Assembly (NCBI GenBank): GCA_046757025.1
Contig: JBHHXN010000052.1
Location: forward strand, 1 to 30,275
Source: a bacterium
GTDB lineage: Bacteria; Zhuqueibacterota; Zhuqueibacteria; Oceanimicrobiales; Oceanimicrobiaceae
DNA: 30,275 nucleotides
Direction of reading: 5' to 3'
The notes beneath the pieces were generated by a model that did not search any database, was not told the origin of the DNA, and was given only the letters and a program-made list of their open reading frames with translations. Numbering within the stretch: the stretch's first letter is position 1; every line of letters starts with the position of its first letter. A program made the translations under genes and the position numbers. Positions 9,875 through 17,153 of this stretch are shown piece by piece.

Positions 9875-9903
9875 AACATAATTAAATCATGTGATACAAT
9901 CAA
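9875..9903 (-). promoter_or_regulatory. Putative sigma70 promoter of the toxin-antitoxin operon with a palindrome in the spacer
   Basis: Minus strand TTGATT-17 nt-TATGTT; the spacer contains ATCAcaTGAT. Confidence 0.45.
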
Positions 9904-10159
9904 GACTTTTTAGCTTTGTATTTTTTAGCTAATTTATGTTGAAAAAAATCTTTCTCGAATGCTATTAGTGGTAATCCATTCGTGAATCGGGTACGAAATT
10001 TCAGATTAGTTTATCAGTACATTCCTTAATCAGTGAGCACTCGAGATTGCCAATTCAATTCGAGTTAGTTCATTGTGTCAAGATTTTCAATAGTCTAATA
10101 AACACCTTTCATCACAGGCTTAACTATAATCATTTCGCTATACTGCGATCAAGGATGTA

Positions 10160-10188
10160 TTGACAATGTGATGAAAATTACCTATTTT
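10160..10188 (+). promoter_or_regulatory. Putative sigma70 promoter
   Basis: TTGACA-17 nt-TATTTT, 49 bp upstream of the ORF at 10237. Confidence 0.5.
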
Positions 10189-10236
10189 TACTTACTGTAG
10201 TATGCAATATTACCAGCTAAATGTTCGAGTGACCAA

Positions 10237-10830
10237 TTGGATTATGTAAGATACATCATCGCAGTCGTGTCGTTGATCAGCATTCCACCGGCCTTTCTGT
10301 TGTGGTTTGCTATCCACCCGTTTGCCGGATTCTGGCGCAAGTTCGGAGCCGGTTGGACGTATGCCATTCTCACTATTCCTGTGTTAGTGCTGATGGCTGG
10401 AGTATTTTTTATACGGCGCAATCTGCTCGCTGCTGAATACGGCACCAACTTGCCGCTGATTGTTCTGGCCATCTTTTGCATCGCTTGCGGCACCTGGATA
10501 GCAATGAAGCGAAAAAAATATTTGACGTTTGGAATACTGGCCGGGCTGCCCGAGCTTTCTCAGAAACGATATCCGGGCAAACTACTCAAAGAGGGTATCT
10601 ATTCAAAAATCCGGCATCCCCGCTACGTGGAAGCGTTTTTGTGGATCTGGGGATACGCGTTTTTCGCTAATTATTTCACGGTTTATGTAATGGCTGTGTT
10701 GTGTCTACCGGCGATTTTTCTGGTGGTCGTTCTCGAGGAAAAAGAGCTGCGCCAGCGATTCGGACAAAAATATGAAGCGTATTGTCAACAGGTTCCTCGG
10801 TTTGTGCCGAGATTTGCCTCGAACAAGTAA
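10237..10830 (+). CDS. Isoprenylcysteine carboxylmethyltransferase/PEMT-family membrane protein
   Basis: Several hydrophobic helices plus GIYSKIRHPRY, EEKELRQRFG..YEAY and VPRF motifs. Confidence 0.87.
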   Translation: MDYVRYIIAVVSLISIPPAFLLWFAIHPFAGFWRKFGAGWTYAILTIPVLVLMAGVFFIRRNLLAAEYGTNLPLIVLAIFCIACGTWIAMKRKKYLTFGILAGLPELSQKRYPGKLLKEGIYSKIRHPRYVEAFLWIWGYAFFANYFTVYVMAVLCLPAIFLVVVLEEKELRQRFGQKYEAYCQQVPRFVPRFASNK

Positions 10831-10957
10831 AGGGGCGCCGCGATTTTTGTCCCGCGGGTTCGCCAGTCAAAAGAAAAATATTCTTTCGCAAAATGCGGAC
10901 ATTCTGTTGGGATTTCGCTAAACAAATGAAACAATTTCATCACTGAAGGGAAAAATA

Positions 10958-11689
10958 ATGAAAGGCATCGTTTTAGCCGGAGGGCTGGGCAGTCGCTTGC
11001 ACCCTTTGACTCGAATCACCAACAAACATCTGTTGCCTATCTACAAAAAGCCCATGATCTTTTATCCCATTGAAATGTTGGTGGCGGCGGGCATTCGCGA
11101 CATCATGGTGGTGACCGGCGGCAACAGTGCGGGCGAGTTTTTGCGGTTGATTGGAAACGGAGAAGATTTCGGTCTGTCGCAAATTAACTACGCTTACCAG
11201 AAAGGTGAAGGCGGCATTGCTGAAGCTCTCGGTTTGGCTCGTGAATTCGTGGGCGATGAAAAGTTGGTAGTGGTGCTCGGAGACAACATCCTGCAGCACG
11301 GAATCAAAAAAGGCGTGGCCGCGTTTTCACATCAAAAGCAGGGGGGGCGCATTTTTTTGAGCGCGGTGGAGCATCCCTGGGAGTACGGCGTAGCCGAATT
11401 GCATGGCAACAAAATCAAGCGCATCGTGGAAAAACCCAAAGACCCCCCCACCAATCTGGCCGTCATCGGCGTTTACATGTATCCGCCCAACGTTTTCGAA
11501 ATCATCAAAACCCTGCAGCCTTCGGCCCGCGGCGAGCTGGAAATTACCGACGTCAACAACGCCTACATCGAACGCGGGGAAATGGAGTTCGAAATCCTTG
11601 ACGGTTGGTGGCTGGATGCCGGCGAAAATCACGAAGCCCTGCTCAAAGCCAACATGGTGGTGGCCCGGGAAGAAGGTGTGAAGATTTAA
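10958..11689 (+). CDS. Sugar-phosphate nucleotidyltransferase (glucose-1-phosphate thymidylyltransferase-like, short form)
   Basis: GIVLAGGLGSRLHPLT, NKHLLPIY.KPMI, LGDN, EKP, PSARGELEITD, GWWLDAG. Confidence 0.92.
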   Translation: MKGIVLAGGLGSRLHPLTRITNKHLLPIYKKPMIFYPIEMLVAAGIRDIMVVTGGNSAGEFLRLIGNGEDFGLSQINYAYQKGEGGIAEALGLAREFVGDEKLVVVLGDNILQHGIKKGVAAFSHQKQGGRIFLSAVEHPWEYGVAELHGNKIKRIVEKPKDPPTNLAVIGVYMYPPNVFEIIKTLQPSARGELEITDVNNAYIERGEMEFEILDGWWLDAGENHEALLKANMVVAREEGVKI

Positions 11690-11752
11690 ATGTGTTGAAT
11701 GAATAGAATCATATTGTATTTATTAAACGAAATTCAAATTTAGGAACCCATT

Positions 11753-12115
11753 ATGCCGGAATTGATCGCAAAACCTTCGCTTATCACCTCTGCAGGAAAC
11801 AAGCCCAAAATCATCGAAGAGTACGTGGGCCGGGTGAACACCAAAACCGAGGCTTTGAGCATCGCCCGTATGCGCAGTCCGGGCGGTTGGGAAGAGCCCG
11901 GGCAACAGCCGGAGTTTGATGAATACACGGTGGTGCTCAAAGGCATGCTACGGGTGAAAACAGCCAGCGGCAGCATTGACGTACCTGCGGGTTCCGCAGT
12001 ACTGGTGCGCTGCAGCGAGTGGGTACAGTACAGCACGCCGCAACCCGAAGGCGCCGAATACGTGGCCGTTTGTGTGCCCGCCTTTTCTCCTGAAACCGTG
12101 CACCGGGATGCGTGA
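11753..12115 (+). CDS. Cupin-domain protein
   Basis: 120 aa; GWEEPGQQPEFDEYTVVLKG...WVQYSTP...GAEYVAVC.PAFSP. Confidence 0.82.
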   Translation: MPELIAKPSLITSAGNKPKIIEEYVGRVNTKTEALSIARMRSPGGWEEPGQQPEFDEYTVVLKGMLRVKTASGSIDVPAGSAVLVRCSEWVQYSTPQPEGAEYVAVCVPAFSPETVHRDA

Positions 12116-13096
12116 TCTCATCAGCTAACCTACAAACCTCACTACCTGCTAAATTAATTGCCAAACTGCCCGGTCGAAAGGACAGACGGTTTTAACCCGT
12201 TTTTAATTTGTATTAAACAAAATTTGCCACACAGACTTATTATTATGGTCCCAGAATAGTGTGCAAAATGTGCAGTGCACTCTGCATGTTAATTACAAAA
12301 TTTGTATCGCCATTGCAATTCGTAGTTAAGAAACCCCCTGCCATTTTTGTCGCTTAATCCAGATAAGTATCCACACTTTACTTTGATAAATTAATTTTTA
12401 TTAAGGTTGATTAAAAGAACGTAAGTTTACTTTTTTAATAATTTGTTAATAAGTAATATGTTAAGTGGAATGCTAACTAATTTTATCCTGGTACCGGGTA
12501 TCATAATTGCATTATTGGGCGCATAGCAGTATTGGGGATAACCTAATTTGTTGTCCTGATAAAAATCCTGACATATTCAATATTCGATTGACCAGTTGGG
12601 AATGTTGCATTTGATGAAACAACGGTCTGAGAAAGCACAAATTTATGTGAGAACTCGTGTATAATTTGGAATCGAGGTCAAAATTATGAATACTTGTAAT
12701 AACTGAGAACGAGTACGAGCGGGATTCATTTGTCAATCTGTTCTTGTGTAATCAATATCAGATGGTAAATCTGTACAAATGTGATCAAGCATTTAATTAA
12801 AACATCCTAACAGTTTGGTCAAAAATGAAATATTAATTTTGAATTATGGCAATTTCAACGGGGGTGCCTTTCAAAGCTCTGAACAACTGACAAATCGATT
12901 TGACAGATCAAAAAAAATGCAAAATTAGTAATTAATTTCATAATTGTAACGATAAATAAACATAATCTTTTGTAAATTCCATATTAGTCATTTTGATAAT
13001 GTGCATTTTAGTAATCTGATAATATATAATAACTTAAGTAGTGTAAGTGACTTTTTTAATGAATACAAAAAACTGATTAGTGTGTGTGAGACCACC

Positions 13097-13111
13097 TGGC
13101 ATGAATTTTGA
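13097..13111 (+). promoter_or_regulatory. Putative sigma54 (-24/-12) promoter of the cytochrome cluster
   Basis: TGGCAT-GAATT-TTGA matches the TGGCAC-N5-TTGC spacing, about 70 bp before ATG 13178. A sigma54 activator is encoded downstream and the same variant recurs at 26884. Confidence 0.65.
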
Positions 13112-13177
13112 CTATAAGAATTGAAATTTCTTAAAAAATGTCAATACAGATAGTAACTGAAATTTTGATTGAGAGCT

Positions 13178-14482
13178 ATGTTAGAAACACTGACCTATTT
13201 TTTTACAACTTTTTTGGTGGTAGCTATTCCATCATTTTATATTTACAAACACGCAAGACATACCCGCACCGCCCAGAAGAAGCTGGATGATGCCATTAAA
13301 CGCGGATTAACAGAGCCTGTTTCGCTGCATCCCATTATCGATCCAACACGTTGCATCAGCACGGCGGCCTGTGTGCCAAAATGCCCGGAAGGCAATATTT
13401 TGGGAATCGTCAACGGCCGGGCGGAGCTGGTCACACCTTCTAAATGCATCGGTCACGGCGCCTGCGAAGCTTCCTGTCCGGTAGAAGCGATTTCGCTGGT
13501 TTTTGGCACCGAGCGTCGGGGAGTGGAGCTGCCGTACGTAAAAGAAACGTTTGAAACCAACGTAAAAGGCATTTACATTGCCGGCGAGCTAGGCGGCATG
13601 GGCCTCATTCGCAACGCGGTCACTCAGGGACAACAGGCCGTGCAATACATTCGTGAAACGCTTTCCAGCAGCTATCCCGATGTCTTCGATATAGCGGTGG
13701 TGGGCGCAGGCCCGGCCGGTCTGGCTGCTACTTTGCAGGCGCAAAAGGAAAAACTCAAAACCATTACCCTCGATCAGGACGACATCGGTGGCACGATTTT
13801 GAGCTATCCCCGGCAAAAGCTTGTGATGACACAGCCCATGGAGATTCCCCTGTATGGTAAAGTCAAGTTTCGGGAAATCTTGAAAGAAGAGCTGCTGGAT
13901 CTCTGGTATGAAATTATCAATAATACCGGGGTAGAAATTCGAACCAAAGAAAAAGTCGATGCTATCGACAGGCAGAATGGCTTCTTCAAAATCACTTCAA
14001 GCAAAGGTGAACACATTGCACAACGGGTTGTTTTAGCCATCGGCCGCAGAGGTACCCCGAGAAAACTGGGCGTGCCCGGTGAAGTCTCCTCAAAAGTGGC
14101 CTATCGCTTGCTCGAGCCGCAACAATATGTACGAAAAAAAGTGCTGGTTGTGGGCGGTGGAGACAGCGCGGTGGAAGCGGCGCTCTCGCTTGCCGAGCAG
14201 AAAGGCACGGTGGTGACCCTTTCTTACCGAAAAAACGTATTCGGCCGTATCAAAGAAAAAAACGAACAGCGAATCGAGCAGGCTATGAAACGCGATCGCG
14301 TGCACGTTTTGTTTGAGTCTAGTGTGAAGGAAATCAAGCGGGAGAAGGTGATATTGACCCAAAAGGACCAAAAATATTCGTTGGCAAACGATTATGTCTT
14401 CATTTTTATCGGCGGGGTCATGCCCACAGCCTTTTTGCAAAAAGCCGGCATCAGTATTCAAAAAAAGTTTGGCGAGCGCTAA
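13178..14482 (+). CDS. Membrane-anchored ferredoxin-domain FAD/NAD(P)H oxidoreductase (TrxR/FNR-like fold)
   Basis: N-terminal hydrophobic helix; CISTAACVPKCP and CIGHGACEASCP; FAD motif VVGAGPAG; LAIG; GGGDSAVE and SYRK; no TrxR CxxC. ATG 13178 preferred over TTG 13169. Confidence 0.88.
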   Translation: MLETLTYFFTTFLVVAIPSFYIYKHARHTRTAQKKLDDAIKRGLTEPVSLHPIIDPTRCISTAACVPKCPEGNILGIVNGRAELVTPSKCIGHGACEASCPVEAISLVFGTERRGVELPYVKETFETNVKGIYIAGELGGMGLIRNAVTQGQQAVQYIRETLSSSYPDVFDIAVVGAGPAGLAATLQAQKEKLKTITLDQDDIGGTILSYPRQKLVMTQPMEIPLYGKVKFREILKEELLDLWYEIINNTGVEIRTKEKVDAIDRQNGFFKITSSKGEHIAQRVVLAIGRRGTPRKLGVPGEVSSKVAYRLLEPQQYVRKKVLVVGGGDSAVEAALSLAEQKGTVVTLSYRKNVFGRIKEKNEQRIEQAMKRDRVHVLFESSVKEIKREKVILTQKDQKYSLANDYVFIFIGGVMPTAFLQKAGISIQKKFGER

Positions 14483-14483
14483 T

Positions 14484-15356
14484 TTGAAAATTCATAAAAC
14501 CATCCTGTTTTTGCTGTATGCAGTGAGTATTTTGTTTGCATTCGCTGTGATCATTAAAGGCTATGAATATTATCACCTGCCGCTGGAATTGCGACCGCGT
14601 TCACCCCTGCATAAAACCTTGAAACCAGGCGGGATTTGGGGACACGGCCTGGGCATTCTTGGCAGCGCCATGATTTTGCTGTTGTTTTTGTATTCTGCAC
14701 GAAAACGGCAGTTTTGTGGATTGCGTTTTGGTAAAATTCGTTACTGGTTAAACATCCACATCTTTTTTGGCATCATGGGGCCGGTTTTCATCAATTTGCA
14801 CACTTCATTCAAAATTGGGGGTATCGTCGCGGTGAGCTATTATTCCATGATGGCGGTGATGTTGAGCGGGGTGGTGGGCCGATATCTTTACGTGCAAATT
14901 CCCAGAAAACTCAGCGGCGATGAGCTGACTATCCGTGAAATTGAAGAAAAAAACAATTTGATGAATCGACTTCTCAAAGAAAAATACCATCTTGATGCAG
15001 ATTTTATAAATAAAATTCAGACTATTTTTGGTGGTTCATTTGGCGAACGACAAACTGGTTTTCAAGCTATTGCAGCTATCCTATTAAGCGATCTTTCGCG
15101 GCCATTTCGAATACGTGCATTAAAAAAAGAAATTTATCGTAATAAAATAAAGCTTCCTAAAAAAGAAATCCATAATCTAATAGTGGTCATTAAACAGAAG
15201 TCACTTCTGCTGCGAAAAAAGGCGTTTTTGTCCACGGTTCAGCCCATGCTGCACTACTGGCACGTGATTCATAAACCGTTTGCCTACATCATGATCATTA
15301 TTATGTTTATCCACATCGCCGTGGCTGTTTTGTTTGGATACCGGTGGATTTTTTGA
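14484..15356 (+). CDS. Inner-membrane protein with di-heme cytochrome b-like His pairs
   Basis: Likely TTG start just after the upstream stop; about 5 hydrophobic segments; H-x13-H in two helices (HIFFGIMGPVFINLH, HKPFAYIMIIIMFIH). Confidence 0.75.
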   Translation: MKIHKTILFLLYAVSILFAFAVIIKGYEYYHLPLELRPRSPLHKTLKPGGIWGHGLGILGSAMILLLFLYSARKRQFCGLRFGKIRYWLNIHIFFGIMGPVFINLHTSFKIGGIVAVSYYSMMAVMLSGVVGRYLYVQIPRKLSGDELTIREIEEKNNLMNRLLKEKYHLDADFINKIQTIFGGSFGERQTGFQAIAAILLSDLSRPFRIRALKKEIYRNKIKLPKKEIHNLIVVIKQKSLLLRKKAFLSTVQPMLHYWHVIHKPFAYIMIIIMFIHIAVAVLFGYRWIF

Positions 15357-15374
15357 TGAACATTACTTGAACGA

Positions 15375-17045
15375 ATGATAAAAAGAAGGGTTGTTTTTTT
15401 TAGCCTGATCATATTAGGGGTGGCGTCAACAGCTTTCCCTCAGATATCTCCGGGAAAGCTTGCTCAGCCGCACGCGCGATTAGAGGGCATGAGCAATTGC
15501 ACCAAATGTCACTCCCTGGGCGGCGGTGCAACTGCTGACAAATGCCTGGAGTGCCATGTTGAAATTCAGCAATTTTTTACTGAGAAAAAGGGTTTCCATT
15601 TTCTGGTAAAAGAAAAAGAAAACGGGAATTGTTTTGAGTGCCATAACGAGCATAACGGGCGAAATTTTCAATTGATATTTTGGCCGAAAGGGCGAGATAA
15701 ATTTGATCATGAACGAACGGGATTTGTATTAAAAGGCAAACATCGGGAGCTAAAATGTAAAGACTGCCATCAATCTAAAAATATCGTTCATGATCCGAGA
15801 AAACTCAACAAAGAAGTGGAGATCAACAAGACCTATCTTGGCCTGGGGCAGGCCTGTTTAAACTGCCATTTTGATGAACATCAAGGGCAGTTGGCCAGGG
15901 ATTGTTTGCAATGCCACAACAATCAGAGTTGGAAGCCCGCCGCAAAATTTTCTCACGATCGGACAAAGTTTCGATTGGTCGGCCAACATCAAAAAGTGGC
16001 GTGCTCGAAATGCCATCCGGTTCATAAAATTGCAAAAGCCCGAATAACCAATCCCGAAAAACGCACGTTTGTGAAATTTATCGGTCTGCAATTTGGCAAC
16101 TGCACACCCTGTCATAGAGACCCGCATCTGGAAAAATTCGGGCAGAATTGTCAAAAATGCCACGACACGTTTGGCTGGAACCGCATCATCGCAGAGGGTT
16201 TCAATCATTCTTTGACGCGGTTTCCGCTTGTAGGATTACATCAACAGGTCCCCTGTGATAAATGTCACGTTGGTGGAAAAATTACCAACAAATTAAAATT
16301 TGAGGAATGTCGTTTTTGTCACAAAGATATTCACTTTGGTCAGTTTGCGGATCGCAAAGACCGCGGCCGTTGCAAAAGTTGTCATGACGTTTTTGGCTTC
16401 CAACCTGCGCATTACGATGTCACGGAACATGCCAGGAGCGCTTATCCACTCACGGGCGCGCATTTAGCGGTGCCGTGTATTTTCTGCCATGTAATCGAAG
16501 ATAGAGGCACCGTTCGTGAAAGGCGAAAATATCAGTTTGCGAATACAAATTGCCAGGGCTGTCACTGGGATGTCCACAAAGGTCAGTTTGCTGCGCAAAT
16601 TCAAGGGGGAGGCTGCGAAAGTTGCCACCAAACAGATAGCTGGCAAAATACGCGATTTGATCACAACGCCTCACGATTTCCCCTACTGGGTAAGCATGCC
16701 GAGAAAGCCTGCCGCCAATGTCACAAAACCGTGGATGTGGGTTTGGCCGGTGAGCGCCTGTTATTTAAACCCATGGACCTGGCCTGCGGAAGCTGCCACA
16801 AAGACATTCACCTGGGTCAGTTTATTCTCAGTAGGCCGCCTAAGACTTGCGATAAATGTCATCGACCTATCGGGTGGCCGAAATTGATTTTTGATCACGA
16901 TCGCGACGCCTTGTTCAAATTAAAAGGCGGGCATGAAAAAGTGCCATGCGCGGAATGTCATAAATTGGAACAGAGCAGCAGCACACTGGTAGTACGGTAC
17001 AAACCCCTTGACAAACGTTGTATTTCGTGCCATGGCAAGAAATAG
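15375..17045 (+). CDS. Exported multiheme cytochrome c, 20 CxxCH motifs
   Basis: Signal peptide; 20 CxxCH counted by hand; repeating FxHxxTxFxLxGxH-CxxCH-CxxCH-xDxH-CxxCH units. Confidence 0.95.
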   Translation: MIKRRVVFFSLIILGVASTAFPQISPGKLAQPHARLEGMSNCTKCHSLGGGATADKCLECHVEIQQFFTEKKGFHFLVKEKENGNCFECHNEHNGRNFQLIFWPKGRDKFDHERTGFVLKGKHRELKCKDCHQSKNIVHDPRKLNKEVEINKTYLGLGQACLNCHFDEHQGQLARDCLQCHNNQSWKPAAKFSHDRTKFRLVGQHQKVACSKCHPVHKIAKARITNPEKRTFVKFIGLQFGNCTPCHRDPHLEKFGQNCQKCHDTFGWNRIIAEGFNHSLTRFPLVGLHQQVPCDKCHVGGKITNKLKFEECRFCHKDIHFGQFADRKDRGRCKSCHDVFGFQPAHYDVTEHARSAYPLTGAHLAVPCIFCHVIEDRGTVRERRKYQFANTNCQGCHWDVHKGQFAAQIQGGGCESCHQTDSWQNTRFDHNASRFPLLGKHAEKACRQCHKTVDVGLAGERLLFKPMDLACGSCHKDIHLGQFILSRPPKTCDKCHRPIGWPKLIFDHDRDALFKLKGGHEKVPCAECHKLEQSSSTLVVRYKPLDKRCISCHGKK

Positions 17046-17153
17046 GAATGCGCAAGAATCGTATTTGATATTTCCTAACATGGAAAAAATCGCGCTAAGC
17101 AAATGAAGCTATGAACACGTAAAAATATAAGTCAAAAGGATTAAGGAAGAACC

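Noticed and set aside
10958..11689. rmlA of a rhamnose biosynthesis operon
   Set aside because: No rmlBCD nearby and the protein is the short form; substrate not assignable.
12160..12200. Possible c-di-GMP-I riboswitch (CAAAC...GAAAG...GAC)
   Set aside because: Lacks the GCAAA junction and second stem; more likely an imperfect terminator after the cupin gene.
12367..12375. DnaA-box-like sequences (also near 26546) suggesting an origin
   Set aside because: Isolated 8/9 matches with no cluster and no origin-associated genes.
12512..12736. Short minus-strand ORFs in AT-rich intergenic DNA (also 27077-27274 and 27438-27641)
   Set aside because: Weak or non-ATG starts, no RBS and non-protein-like composition.
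13178..14482. Annotation as thioredoxin reductase (trxB)
   Set aside because: No redox-active CxxC, permuted motif order, and extra TM and ferredoxin domains.
14394..14483. Longer ORF-track starts at 14394, 19561 and 24472
   Set aside because: They overlap upstream genes extensively; starts at 14484, 19630 and 24568 fit RBS, signal and domain boundaries better.
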